Positions 16,616 through 26,302 of a stretch of 64,000 nucleotides of DNA are shown one piece after another (the first letter of the stretch is position 1; each line of letters opens with the position of its first letter). The position numbers and the translations under genes are program-made. Source of the DNA: Gemmatimonadota bacterium (GTDB taxonomy: Bacteria; Gemmatimonadota; Gemmatimonadetes; Gemmatimonadales; GWC2-71-9); assembly GCA_040388535.1 (NCBI GenBank), contig JAZKBR010000007.1:4862-68861 (forward strand), read 5' to 3'. The notes under the pieces were generated by a model. That model was not told the DNA's origin. It was given only the letters and a program-made list of their open reading frames with translations, and made no database searches.

Positions 16616-19552
16616 GTGTCGCCCGTCGACACCCTGCCGGCGCGCGCCATCCACCAACTCGTTCACACGAGCTGGACTGCCAAGGATGGCGCCCCGGCCG
16701 ATATTCGCGCTCTCGCCCAGACTCGCGAAGGGTACTTGTGGCTTGGGACCGACAACGGCCTCTTCCGCTTCGACGGCGTTCGATTTGTCCGCATCGCACC
16801 TCCTGCGGGCGACTCGCTCGCTGGCACCGCAATCTCGAGCTTGCTGACGACAAAGGATGGCAGCCTCTGGATCGTCTGGGCCAATGGCAAAGTCAGCCGC
16901 CAGAGTGGGGGCAAAGTCGTCACCTTTGGCCCACGGGATGGCCTGCCACCCGCCTTTCATCTCGCAGAGTCGAGCCGCGGCGTACTCCTCGCCGGAACGG
17001 CGGGCGGCATCTCACGATTCAGCAACGGGAGATGGCAGGACGCCGGAACGGCGTGGGGGCTCGCACCCGGGCTCGAGGGAAGGAGTATCTGGTTCGACCG
17101 TGATGACGTGATGTGGGTCGAAACGGTTGAATCGGTACTTTACCTGCCGGCTGGTGCATCGCACCTGGTCGAGACGCGGATGGTGCTCCGCGACCGACCC
17201 ACTCCCGCCAAGTTCGCCCAGCAGCGGGACGGCACCGTCTGGATGAACGAATCGAGCCGCTCCGCGCACACCCTCCGCCTTGCGACCGACACGACGTATC
17301 CGAGCGAAGTCCGCGTGCGGGCAACGAGCGTGCTCATCGATCGACACGGGAGCCTGTGGATCGGTTCCGCTGGCGACGGCCTCCGGCGGCTGATCGACCC
17401 GGCGCGTTTCAAGGGAAAAGTGATTCTCCGCACGAGCGCAGACGCCGAGCAATTCACCACGAAGGATGGGCTGCTCTCAGACGAGGTGACGGACCTCTTC
17501 GAAGACCGCGAGGGTGATCTCTGGGTTGCCTCGCCGGTCGGGCTCGAACGCTTCCGGCAAGGGGCCTTCACGCCAGTCGCCTTGCCACATCCCACGCACT
17601 CGAGATTCGTATTTGCCGGCCGTGACAGTTCGCTGTGGATTGCCGCCGAAGATGTCGCCGGGCTCGTGCGACTCACGCACCAGGGCTCGTCGATGGTCTC
17701 GGCCGGCTTTGCTGTGACCAATCTCGCACAGGACTCCAGCGGTGCCATCTACTCGGTCCGCACGCACCGCATCCTGAAGTTGCAGGGAGCGGGGTTTGTC
17801 GCCCTGCCCCTCCGGAAGATCATTGCGATCGACCTCATCGGCATGACGATCGATCCTCAGGGAACGATCTGGCTCCTCGACGAAGTGGCCGGGTTGCTCC
17901 GACTCGACCACGACCGGCTCATCCCGGTTGCCACGCTCTACGAGCCGGTGGCCCGTCGCGGCACCTTAAGCAGTGACTCGAAAGGCAGACTCTGGATCGG
18001 TCAGTTGAATCGTGTGGCGTTGTATGACCACGGCAAGCTCAACCTGTACGGCGAAGCCGCTGGTGTGCCGGCGGGGCTGGTGTTGCAAGTCTTCGAAGAT
18101 CACGCCGGAAAGATCTGGGCCGTCGGCGAGGGCGGCGTGAGCAGGTTCGAAAACGGCCGATTCCGCAGCATTGCGGTGCGCCAGGGCGTGCCAGGGAAGA
18201 CCGTGTTCGGCGTCGCTGAGGACAAGAGTGGAGCGTGGTGGATGGTGACCCGGACCGGAGTCTTGCGGCTCCCGCCCGGCGAAGCTGACCGTGCTCTCAC
18301 CGATTCCACATACAACATTCGCTATCGGACCTTCGATCGGGAGGACGGGTTGCCGGGCACGGTGACCGTCAGCGATTGGGGTTCGCCGGTGACACGCGCC
18401 CAGGACGGCACGATCTGGGTTGCCACCGACAGCGGAGTCGCAAGCGTTGATCCCCGAGGCATCTCCCCGGACCGATCACTTCCGGTGCTGATCGAATCTG
18501 TTCGGGTCGACGGCCGCGATCTGTCGCCAACCAACCCGGTGCCGATCCCCGCCGGGGGGCGCGACCTCGAAATCGACTATACGGCGACCAGTCTGGCGAA
18601 TCCGGACCGGGTCCAGTTCCGCTATCGGCTCGAAGGCGAGGATTCCACCTGGCACGACGTCGGTACCCAGCGACGTGTCACCTACAACGACCTCGGGCCG
18701 GGTGACTATCGCTTTCGAATCGCCGCAAGAAATCGCGATGGCGTCTGGGACGAGACCGGATCGGCCTGGACCTTTCGCGTCCTGCCACCCTGGTACCAGA
18801 CTCGCTGGTTCCAGCTCGGCACCGTGCTGGTGATTGTCGGGTTTGCCACCGGTACCATCGCGCTGGTCCAGCGACAGCGGCATCTCCGAGCGCAAGAACT
18901 CCTGCGACGTGGCTACGAGGCCACCCTGGCCGAGCGCGCCCGCATCGCGCAGGATCTGCACGACACCCTCCTTCAGGGCATTGCCGGCGTGAGTATGCAA
19001 CTCAAAGCCGCAGAGCGGGCCCTTCCAGACGAACCTGATTTGGCCGCCGAGATGCTGGCGCACGTTCAACGCCTCACCCGACAGGCACTTCGCGAAGCGC
19101 GTGAGCGCGTGATGGACCTGCACGAAACCGACCTCGGCCAGGATGATCTCGCCGGCGCCCTCGCTGCTGCTGCAGCGGAACTCGTGGCCTCGACCGGTAT
19201 TCACCTCGCTATCAGTTCGCGCGGCGAACGACGCCGAGTGTCGCGGGAGGTCGAGATCGCCGCGATCCGGATCGGGCGTGAAGCGATCGCCAATGCGGTC
19301 CGTCACGCCGAGGCGCAGCGGATCGATATCGTGGTCGACTTTGCACCCACCGTGTTGCGCCTCGAGGTATGCGACGACGGCAAGGGATTCACCTTCGAGG
19401 ACGGCGAGCAAGCTCAGCTCTCCGGCCACTTAGGGCTGAGCGGGATGCGCAGCCGGGCCGATCGCCTTGGCGGCCACTGCGAAGTGCGACCGAGAGCCGG
19501 GGGCGGCACCGTCGTCGCGGTAGAGCTTCCCTTGCCCACCGGCCCCACCTGA
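16616..19552 (+). CDS. sensor histidine kinase with periplasmic two-component-regulator-propeller / Y_Y_Y region, TM segment, HisKA_3 and HATPase domains
   Basis: 978 aa with repeated DG.LW/GL propeller-type motifs, TM WFQLGTVLVIVGFATGTIALV, H-box IAQDLHDTLLQ and an ATPase domain. The real start may lie further upstream, because the hydrophobic LILPCLTLLLLG precedes the GTG. Confidence 0.85.
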   Translation: MSPVDTLPARAIHQLVHTSWTAKDGAPADIRALAQTREGYLWLGTDNGLFRFDGVRFVRIAPPAGDSLAGTAISSLLTTKDGSLWIVWANGKVSRQSGGKVVTFGPRDGLPPAFHLAESSRGVLLAGTAGGISRFSNGRWQDAGTAWGLAPGLEGRSIWFDRDDVMWVETVESVLYLPAGASHLVETRMVLRDRPTPAKFAQQRDGTVWMNESSRSAHTLRLATDTTYPSEVRVRATSVLIDRHGSLWIGSAGDGLRRLIDPARFKGKVILRTSADAEQFTTKDGLLSDEVTDLFEDREGDLWVASPVGLERFRQGAFTPVALPHPTHSRFVFAGRDSSLWIAAEDVAGLVRLTHQGSSMVSAGFAVTNLAQDSSGAIYSVRTHRILKLQGAGFVALPLRKIIAIDLIGMTIDPQGTIWLLDEVAGLLRLDHDRLIPVATLYEPVARRGTLSSDSKGRLWIGQLNRVALYDHGKLNLYGEAAGVPAGLVLQVFEDHAGKIWAVGEGGVSRFENGRFRSIAVRQGVPGKTVFGVAEDKSGAWWMVTRTGVLRLPPGEADRALTDSTYNIRYRTFDREDGLPGTVTVSDWGSPVTRAQDGTIWVATDSGVASVDPRGISPDRSLPVLIESVRVDGRDLSPTNPVPIPAGGRDLEIDYTATSLANPDRVQFRYRLEGEDSTWHDVGTQRRVTYNDLGPGDYRFRIAARNRDGVWDETGSAWTFRVLPPWYQTRWFQLGTVLVIVGFATGTIALVQRQRHLRAQELLRRGYEATLAERARIAQDLHDTLLQGIAGVSMQLKAAERALPDEPDLAAEMLAHVQRLTRQALREARERVMDLHETDLGQDDLAGALAAAAAELVASTGIHLAISSRGERRRVSREVEIAAIRIGREAIANAVRHAEAQRIDIVVDFAPTVLRLEVCDDGKGFTFEDGEQAQLSGHLGLSGMRSRADRLGGHCEVRPRAGGGTVVAVELPLPTGPT

Positions 19553-19613
19553 TGACCACGTGCGGCCGCGTTGCCAGGCTGCCATCAGGCTTCGCAATAG
19601 GCCAAATGGTGTA

Positions 19614-19642
19614 TTGCCGGTTCTGATCGGTTGATCCACACT
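19614..19642 (+). promoter_or_regulatory. candidate promoter TTGCCG-17-CACACT ending 5 nt before ATG 19648
   Basis: Read directly. The -10 is weak but keeps the A at position 2 and T at position 6. No SD precedes 19648. Confidence 0.3.
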
Positions 19643-19647
19643 TCATC

Positions 19648-20313
19648 ATGGCACACACTCCGCGCGCAGTTGGTCCACCTCATGAACCCACGCTCCCGAT
19701 CCGGGTCATGACCGTGGATGACCATCCAATCTTTCGCGGCGGACTGGCAACCCTGATCGGGACCTATGTCGAGTTCGATCTGGTTGCGGAGGCTGCCAAC
19801 GGCCGCCAGGCGATCGAGCAGTTCCGCGCCCATCGCCCGCACGTCACGCTGATGGATCTCAGCATGCCAGTGATGGGAGGGGTCGATGCCATCGCCGCAA
19901 TTACAGGGGAGTTTCCCGACGCACGGATCATCGCGTTGACCTCCTGGGAGGGCGACGGCGACATTCATCGCGCCCTCGAGGCTGGCGCACGCGGCTACCT
20001 GCTGAAGGACATCGCGAGCGAAATGGTCGCCGATGCGATCCGGCAGGTGCATCGAGGCATGCGAGTCATCCCTGCCGACGTGGCACGGCGGCTTGCCGAG
20101 TTTACCCCGCGTGTCGACCTGACCGAGCGTGAACTCGAAGTGCTCACGCACCTCGCGCGTGGCCGCACCAACAAGGAAATCGCCGCAGAGCTTGGTCGGG
20201 CCGAGGCCACCATCAAGGTCCACGTCTTCCACATCCTCGAGAAACTGGAAGCGGCCGATCGCACCGAAGCGGTAACCATCGCTCTCCAGCGCGGCCTCAT
20301 CCACCTGCCGTAG
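19648..20313 (+). CDS. NarL/LuxR-family response regulator
   Basis: Receiver domain with DD (VDDHP) and acceptor Asp (LMDLSMP). C-terminal LuxR HTH ([23 protein letters not shown]). An alternative start is ATG 19708. Confidence 0.9.
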   Translation: MAHTPRAVGPPHEPTLPIRVMTVDDHPIFRGGLATLIGTYVEFDLVAEAANGRQAIEQFRAHRPHVTLMDLSMPVMGGVDAIAAITGEFPDARIIALTSWEGDGDIHRALEAGARGYLLKDIASEMVADAIRQVHRGMRVIPADVARRLAEFTPRVDLTERELEVLTHLARGRTNKEIAAELGRAEATIKVHVFHILEKLEAADRTEAVTIALQRGLIHLP

Positions 20314-20371
20314 TCTCCGCCGGGAGCGCCGTCCCTAGCCCAAATGGCCTAGTCCGTGTTGCGCCAATCGG

Positions 20372-20428
20372 GCGATTCGAGGAATCGCACCGCACGATAT
20401 CGTGGTATCGCCGCCCCCGCCGGGGGCG
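20372..20428 (+). terminator. two hairpins between the response-regulator genes: GCGATTC-gag-GAATCGC (20372-20388) and CGCCCCC-gcc-GGGGGCG (20412-20428)
   Basis: Perfect 7-bp stems read directly. There is no U-tract, so the role (terminator, attenuator or operator) is uncertain. Confidence 0.3.
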
Positions 20429-20459
20429 CCAGCGCAACCACGATCGTGAGGATTCCCCC

Positions 20460-21161
20460 ATGCCGGCCCTCCCCCCAACCGTCTTCATCGTCGACGACGA
20501 CCCTCCCGTCCGTGCATTTCTGGCGACGATCCTGCGCGCCGCCGGTTGGCGGCCGGCGTGCTTTGCCTCGACGGAAGAATTCCTCAATCAGCCACCCGTC
20601 CCCGGACCGAGCTGCCTCCTCCTCTCCAGCACTCTCCCCGATCGCGACACGCTGGGAGTCGTTGCAGGTCTCGTCACCGATCGCGCGGATATGCCGGTCA
20701 TCGTCACGTCCCGGCACGGTGATGTGCCGACCGCAGTCCAGGCGATCAAGGCCGGCGCCGTCGAGTTTCTGGTGAAGCCGCTGATTGCCGAGGCGGTGGT
20801 GCACGCCGTCGATGACGCGATGGCGCGGAGCAGCGAGACGCTCCGCCGCGACGGCGAGTTACAGGGGCTGCGTACGCGATACCGGTCGCTGAGCGCACGG
20901 GAACGGGAGGTCATGCTCCTCGTCGTGGGAGGATTTCTCAACAAGCAGGTCGGCGCTCGACTCGGCATCAGCGAGATCACTGTCAAGGCACATCGCGGCA
21001 AGGTGATGCGCAAGATGGTTGCGGACTCCCTCGCCGAGCTGGTCGAGATGGCGATCCGACTGCAGCTCTCGCCCGGGAATCATCGTCCCCCGCGGCTGGC
21101 CCCACGCCTCCGTGCGGCCGCAGCGGCTGGCAATACCAAGGTCCAATCGCTCTGGCGATAA
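20460..21161 (+). CDS. FixJ-like response regulator with LuxR HTH; receiver lacks the canonical phospho-acceptor Asp
   Basis: 233 aa with VDDD, T/S (VTSRHGD), K (VKP) and HTH ([33 protein letters not shown]) all present. The position equivalent to FixJ Asp54 reads LLLSSTLPD. Confidence 0.8.
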   Translation: MPALPPTVFIVDDDPPVRAFLATILRAAGWRPACFASTEEFLNQPPVPGPSCLLLSSTLPDRDTLGVVAGLVTDRADMPVIVTSRHGDVPTAVQAIKAGAVEFLVKPLIAEAVVHAVDDAMARSSETLRRDGELQGLRTRYRSLSAREREVMLLVVGGFLNKQVGARLGISEITVKAHRGKVMRKMVADSLAELVEMAIRLQLSPGNHRPPRLAPRLRAAAAAGNTKVQSLWR

Positions 21162-21216
21162 CCGGATCGTACACTTACCAACACTCGACCACTGGGATCG
21201 TCAGGGAGGCAGACAG

Positions 21217-22542
21217 ATGCGAGGACCATCCGATCTCGACCGCCGTGGTTTTGTCCAGCTCGCCGCGGCCACGGCCATATCACTCACTACGCAGGGGGAC
21301 ATCGTGACGCATACGCTCACTCAGGCAGCTTCGCCGACAGGCGAGAGTCACGGCAGCGACATCCGCCCGTTCCATTTCACGATCTCCGACGCCGAGGTGG
21401 CTGACCTTCGTCGGCGCATCAAGGCCACGAGGTGGCCGGAAGCAGAGACCGTGAAGGATGAATCACAGGGCGTCCAGCTGGCGACGACGCAGAAGCTCGC
21501 CGCGCACTGGAGCGGTGACTACGACTGGCGCAAGGCGGAGGCGCGGATCAAGGCCCTGCCCCATTTCGTCACGACGATCGACGGCGTGGACATTCATTTC
21601 GTCCACGTCAAGTCGAAGGCGCCGCACGCGTTGCCGCTGATCATCACGCACGGATGGCCGGGCTCGTTCATCGAGCAGATGAAGGTGATCGGCCCGCTCA
21701 CCGATCCGGTCGCGCACGGAGGGAAGGCTGAGGACGCCTTTGACGTCGTCATCCCGTCCCTCCCGGGTCACGGCTTCTCTGGCAAGCCGACGGTGCCAGG
21801 GTGGGATCCGCCACGGATCGCGCGCGCCTGGGTCACCCTGATGAAGCGGCTTGGCTACGCGAAGTTTGTGGCGCAGGGTGGCGACTGGGGCAACGCGGTC
21901 TCGGAACAGATGGCGCTTCTCGCCCCACCCGAACTCCTCGGCATCTCGACCAACATGGCCGCGACCGTTCCGGCTGAGATCAGCAAGGCGCTCGCCAGTG
22001 GGAGTCCGGCGCCGTCAACCCTCTCTGCCGAGGAGCTGAACGCCTGGACGCAGCTCGACACCTTCTACAAGAAGGGTCTGGGGTACGCCAACGAGATGGC
22101 GCTGCGGCCACAGACCCTCTACGGCATCGCGGACTCCCCGGTGGGACTGGCAGCGTGGATACTCGACCACGATGCCCGCAGCTACTCGCTCATCGCGCGG
22201 GTCTTCGATGGTCACCCCGAGGGCCTCACGCGCGATGACATCCTCGACAACATCTCGCTCTACTGGTTCACGAATACCGCGGTCTCCTCGGCGCGACTCT
22301 ACTGGGACAACCGCGAGAGTGCGACGTCGGGGTTCTTCGACCCCAAGAACGTGCAGATCCCGGTCGCTGTTACGGTCTTCCCCGACGAGATCTACGCCGC
22401 GCCCGAGAGCTGGGCGCGGCGCGCATATCCCAAGCTGATCTACTTCAACCGGCTGCCCAAGGGCGGGCACTTCGCAGCCTGGGAACAGCCTGCGCTGTTT
22501 GCGCGAGAAATGCGCGAGGGGTTTCGATCGCTCCGCTCCTGA
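21217..22542 (+). CDS. Tat-signal epoxide hydrolase (EHN N-terminal domain + alpha/beta hydrolase)
   Basis: ATG at 21217 follows GGGAGG. Features: twin-arginine DLDRRGFVQLAA, IRPFHFTISDAEVADLRRRI (EH N-terminal domain), HGWPGSF, GGDWG. The track ORF extends 66 codons upstream into the preceding gene. Confidence 0.85.
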   Translation: MRGPSDLDRRGFVQLAAATAISLTTQGDIVTHTLTQAASPTGESHGSDIRPFHFTISDAEVADLRRRIKATRWPEAETVKDESQGVQLATTQKLAAHWSGDYDWRKAEARIKALPHFVTTIDGVDIHFVHVKSKAPHALPLIITHGWPGSFIEQMKVIGPLTDPVAHGGKAEDAFDVVIPSLPGHGFSGKPTVPGWDPPRIARAWVTLMKRLGYAKFVAQGGDWGNAVSEQMALLAPPELLGISTNMAATVPAEISKALASGSPAPSTLSAEELNAWTQLDTFYKKGLGYANEMALRPQTLYGIADSPVGLAAWILDHDARSYSLIARVFDGHPEGLTRDDILDNISLYWFTNTAVSSARLYWDNRESATSGFFDPKNVQIPVAVTVFPDEIYAAPESWARRAYPKLIYFNRLPKGGHFAAWEQPALFAREMREGFRSLRS

Positions 22543-22585
22543 CGCAGGCGCGGCTCACACCAGGTGAAGACCAGAGGAGATCACC

Positions 22586-23293
22586 ATGTTGAAGCTCATC
22601 ACGACCATTGTTCTCGTGCACGGCGCCTTTGCGGACGGATCAAGCTGGGCGAAGGTCATCAGAATCCTGCAGGAGAAGGGATTCAACGTGACCGCCGTAC
22701 AACTTCCGCTGACGTCACTCGCTGACGACATCGCCGCGACGCGGAGGGCATTGGCGGCACAACAGGGGCCCGTCATCCTCGTTGGTCACTCCTGGGGTGG
22801 CGCGGTCATCACCGAGGTGGGAGTCGACCCGAAGGTGGCCGGACTGGTGTATGTCGCTGCGTTCGCGCCGGACAAGGGGGAAGTGATCGGCGCACTCGGT
22901 GCGCCCTACCCGCCGCCGCCGGCGCTCGCGGCACCGCTGGTCGATGCCCAGGGATTCATCCGGATCCCCACCGACGCGGTGGTGAAGCATTTCGCCTCGG
23001 ACCTCCCCGAGAGCGACGCCCGCGTCGTGGCCGCTACCCAGGGGCCGATCGCTGGATCGGCGTTCAACGCCCAGGTTTCGAGCGTTGCCTGGAAGACCAA
23101 GCCGTCGTGGTACATCGTCTCCCGGCTCGACGGCGCGATTGCACCGGACCTCGAGCGCTTCTTTGCCAAGCGGATGCACGCGACGACGACAGAGTTGAAT
23201 ACCAGCCATCTCGCGATGATTTCGGACCCGGCCGCGGTTGCTGGGGTCATCCTGGACGCGGCGGCCAATGCGCTCAGTGCCAAGGCGCCGTAA
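22586..23293 (+). CDS. alpha/beta hydrolase
   Basis: 235 aa with VLVHGAFADGSSW and nucleophile elbow GHSWGG. AGAGGAG lies upstream. Confidence 0.8.
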   Translation: MLKLITTIVLVHGAFADGSSWAKVIRILQEKGFNVTAVQLPLTSLADDIAATRRALAAQQGPVILVGHSWGGAVITEVGVDPKVAGLVYVAAFAPDKGEVIGALGAPYPPPPALAAPLVDAQGFIRIPTDAVVKHFASDLPESDARVVAATQGPIAGSAFNAQVSSVAWKTKPSWYIVSRLDGAIAPDLERFFAKRMHATTTELNTSHLAMISDPAAVAGVILDAAANALSAKAP

Positions 23294-23357
23294 GCTGGTC
23301 GATGCCCCCGCGGCATACTGATCCCGTCGTGAGGATGTGCCGGCAATGGTTTCGTGT

Positions 23358-23852
23358 CTAGAAGGTCCGGCGCATCAGCAGGCCGGGCCCGAATCGGGTG
23401 TTCTCGGTGCCGGCCAACTCGAAACCGCACCTCAGATAGAAACCTTCCGCGTGCGGATTGCCGATGACATGCAGACGGCGCGCTCCCTGCGCGCGGGCAA
23501 CCTCGGCGCAGTGGTCGACCAGCAGCCGACCAAGACCGTGACCCCAGGCATCCGGCTCAACGAAGAGCGCATCGAGCTCGACATCGCCATCGTCGCGTGG
23601 CAGGATCGCCGCGAAGCCCTGAACGGTACCCGCGAGTTCCGCCACAAAGACCCCGCCTGCCGACAGCTGCTCGAGCGAAAGCTCGATCGCGTCAGGATGC
23701 GCGAGAATCGCCTCCCGGTCGCCGGGATTGTTCAGGGAGGCACGTCGCTGAAGCTCCTCGAGCAGCCGCTGCTCCGATGGAAGAGCCGGGCGAATGGTGG
23801 TCACGGTGACGTGTTCCCCCAAGAGCGCTGGAGCCTCATTCCCGCCGCCCAA
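23358..23852 (-). CDS. GNAT-family acetyltransferase (start uncertain: ATG 23852 or GTG 23804)
   Basis: Acetyl-CoA motif WGHGLGRLLV. Overlaps, or immediately follows, the upstream wHTH gene. Confidence 0.75.
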   Translation of the reverse strand: MGGGNEAPALLGEHVTVTTIRPALPSEQRLLEELQRRASLNNPGDREAILAHPDAIELSLEQLSAGGVFVAELAGTVQGFAAILPRDDGDVELDALFVEPDAWGHGLGRLLVDHCAEVARAQGARRLHVIGNPHAEGFYLRCGFELAGTENTRFGPGLLMRRTF

Positions 23853-24147
23853 AGCGGAGCCACGGGCGCTTCAGAGCGTAGTGCGGAATGGCCGTGGCGC
23901 TCTCGCGCGTCACCGTGATCAGCCTGCGCTGCGTGAGGAGCCCGAGGGCGGATTGCACCGAGCGCTTCGAGAGTCCTGTCCCCAGCACCAGATCGGTGAG
24001 GCTCACCTGGACACCGGCCTCGGGAGCGCGATAACAGCGCCGGAACAGATGCAGGTACAGCAACGCGGCCGAGGGCATGCGATCGTGCCCCACGAGATCG
24101 GGCAGGAGGGTATCGAGGATGTAGGCATCGATGGGGATCGTCGTCAT
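23836..24147 (-). CDS. small winged-helix DNA-binding protein
   Basis: 103 aa with an HTH-like SLTDLVLGTGLSKRSVQSALGLLTQRRLI. First gene of a two-gene unit with the GNAT. Confidence 0.6.
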   Translation of the reverse strand: MTTIPIDAYILDTLLPDLVGHDRMPSAALLYLHLFRRCYRAPEAGVQVSLTDLVLGTGLSKRSVQSALGLLTQRRLITVTRESATAIPHYALKRPWLRFGRRE

Positions 24148-24159
24148 GCATTTCTCTGG

Positions 24160-24180
24160 CTATGGAAACAGTTGCCATAG
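24160..24180. promoter_or_regulatory. inverted repeat CTATGG-N9-CCATAG in the divergent wHTH-GNAT / VOC intergenic region
   Basis: Read directly; lies 13-33 nt upstream of ATG 24147. Confidence 0.25.
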
Positions 24181-24264
24181 TAGCAATTGCGACCCTTGCT
24201 GCGCAACGGGTGCGGGATAGTATTGCGGAGGAGTCAGCGCTGCCGCAACCCGAGAGGAGCAATC

Positions 24265-24630
24265 ATGATTCGTGGAGTCAAGTTCGTCGCAATCCCCTGC
24301 CGGGATCAGGATGTCTCGCTCGCCTTCTACACCGAGAAGCTCGGCTTCCGGATCGTCACCGATCAGCCCTTCGACGGCGTCCAGCGCTGGATCGAGCTCG
24401 GCATCGGCCGCAGCGAGACGCGAGTCGTCCTCTTCACAGCCGACGCCCACCGCGCCCTCATCGGCCAGCAATCCACAGTGACCTTTGTTGCCGATGACGT
24501 CGAGAAGACGTACCAGGAACTGCTCGGGCGCGGTGTGGAGTTCGACCAGCCAGCCGAGAAGGCCGACTGGGGGACGGCGGCAATCTTCCGCGATCCGGAT
24601 GGCAATCAGTTCGTGCTGTCATCGAAATAG
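24265..24630 (+). CDS. VOC/glyoxalase-family protein
   Basis: ATG at 24265 follows GAGAGGAG. Sequence MIRGVKFVAIPCRDQDVSLAFYTEKLGF ... FRDPDGNQFVL. Confidence 0.8.
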   Translation: MIRGVKFVAIPCRDQDVSLAFYTEKLGFRIVTDQPFDGVQRWIELGIGRSETRVVLFTADAHRALIGQQSTVTFVADDVEKTYQELLGRGVEFDQPAEKADWGTAAIFRDPDGNQFVLSSK

Positions 24631-24636
24631 CACCTG

Positions 24637-25221
24637 TCAGAACTGCCACCCCAGGGTGATCGGTGCGTACCATCGTGGCGTGAGCCCAGTGCGAAAGAGC
24701 CGGATGACATCCGCCGACACGAGGAAGCCATGGTCGTGATGGCCAAGTCGCGCGCTCATGCCGGCGCGAGCGCCAAGCGCGAACGCATCTGACCCCGGCT
24801 CGCGGTCCATCCGCCACGACAGCGTCGGCCCAATCCGAAACTGCCACGCCACGCCGGCTCCGGGAGACTGGCGCTTGGTTCCTTGCAAAGCGGGGGCGAA
24901 CGTGACGGAAGTCGTCGGGCCCGAGAATGCTTCGGGACCACACGAGGCCGGGTACGGCGGGCAAGGAATGGTCTCGTAAGCGGCGGTCAGCGGTACGAAC
25001 TGGACCGATCCTTCCAGTAGCAGCGGCGAGCCCTTCCAGCCGAGTCGTACGAAGCCAGCCGCACCAAGGGTACGAAGCGAACTGCCGTCCTCACCGTTAT
25101 CCGAAATGAGCATTCCCGCGCCCATCGCGACGCGGGCTGGCTTCGACTGCGCTAGCAGGATGTTGGCCTGCGGAAGAGCCACGAGCACCAGCGACAGAAT
25201 CCGGAACCAACGCATGTGCAC
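24637..25221 (-). CDS. outer-membrane beta-barrel protein (small, OmpW/OprF-N-like)
   Basis: 194 aa with a signal peptide, alternating beta-strand pattern and C-terminal ...ITLGWQF. Confidence 0.65.
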   Translation of the reverse strand: MHMRWFRILSLVLVALPQANILLAQSKPARVAMGAGMLISDNGEDGSSLRTLGAAGFVRLGWKGSPLLLEGSVQFVPLTAAYETIPCPPYPASCGPEAFSGPTTSVTFAPALQGTKRQSPGAGVAWQFRIGPTLSWRMDREPGSDAFALGARAGMSARLGHHDHGFLVSADVIRLFRTGLTPRWYAPITLGWQF

Positions 25222-25244
25222 TCCTGCTCAGGGGGGACCAGCAG

Positions 25245-25805
25245 CTACGCCTTGGGCCACAACCAGACGAAGATCCCCGCGGTGGCCAGGGCATAGAGCA
25301 CGGAGTCCACCGCGTTCTTGAAGGTCGTGGACCACTTGCGGTTGTACCAGATCGACAGCGGCGCCCCGCCCATCGCATACACCAGGAAGGTGATGGTGGC
25401 GACGTGATGAAACACCGCGCGGCTCTCGCCGCCAGGCGGCACGATCGTTCCGACGATGCAGGCGACGCTCGCGGCGATCGCGAGCGTGAAGAGGAACGAA
25501 AAGCCCATCATCTGACCCATCTGCCACGGGCCCGACGGCACCACCGTGAGCCAGAGCACCGGCCCCGCCGCGCGCTTCGCATCGTACTCCGGCGACTGCA
25601 TGTATTCGGTCGACCCGGGATGCGGCGTGGTGTAGTCGCCCGGCGGAATCGCGAACGGGCGCAGCGCGGCCATCACCCCGTCTTCATCCGGAAGGCGGAG
25701 GTAGTCCTGCTTGTGCCACGGCGTCATGTGAATGATCAGCGTGAGCACGAAGACGGCGACAGCAGCGACGCCGATCGGCACCAGCAACGACATGAATGGA
25801 GTCAT
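25245..25805 (-). CDS. integral membrane protein, hypothetical
   Basis: 186 aa, 4 TM segments. Confidence 0.6.
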   Translation of the reverse strand: MTPFMSLLVPIGVAAVAVFVLTLIIHMTPWHKQDYLRLPDEDGVMAALRPFAIPPGDYTTPHPGSTEYMQSPEYDAKRAAGPVLWLTVVPSGPWQMGQMMGFSFLFTLAIAASVACIVGTIVPPGGESRAVFHHVATITFLVYAMGGAPLSIWYNRKWSTTFKNAVDSVLYALATAGIFVWLWPKA

Positions 25806-25832
25806 TCGCAGCCTCGCGGTGGAGCGTTGGGC

Positions 25833-26240
25833 TCAGCCGGCCTTGTTCTTGTCGTCCCAGAGCATCGGTTCCCAGAGTTCGACCTTGTTGCCCTCCGGGT
25901 CCATGATCCACGCGAACTTCCCGTTCTCGTGCGATTCAGGGCCCTTGAGCAGCTCCACGCCGCCGGCGCGCAGCTGCGCGACCATCTCGTCCATATTGTC
26001 GATGCGGTAGTTGATCATGAACGACGACTCGCTCGGCGCGAACCACTTGCTGTCCTTCCCTGCGAGGGTCCAGACGGTGAGCCCCTTGTCCTCGGCCGTG
26101 TCAGCCGGCCACCGAAGCACCGTACCGCCCCAGGCCTCTGCCGGCATCCCGAGATGCTTCTGGTACCACGCCGCCAGCGCGTCCTTGTCCCCCGTGCTCT
26201 TGAAGAAGACGCCGCCGATTCCGGTGATTCTTGCCATCAC
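25833..26240 (-). CDS. VOC/glyoxalase-family protein
   Basis: 135 aa (ITGIGGVFFKS ... FAWIMDPEGNKVELWEP). Confidence 0.8.
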   Translation of the reverse strand: MMARITGIGGVFFKSTGDKDALAAWYQKHLGMPAEAWGGTVLRWPADTAEDKGLTVWTLAGKDSKWFAPSESSFMINYRIDNMDEMVAQLRAGGVELLKGPESHENGKFAWIMDPEGNKVELWEPMLWDDKNKAG

Positions 26241-26302
26241 TGTTCTCCGTGGTAAGTCGTCGCGTGGTAGTTCATGAAGATGAAGTTCTCCTCCCGAACG
26301 GG

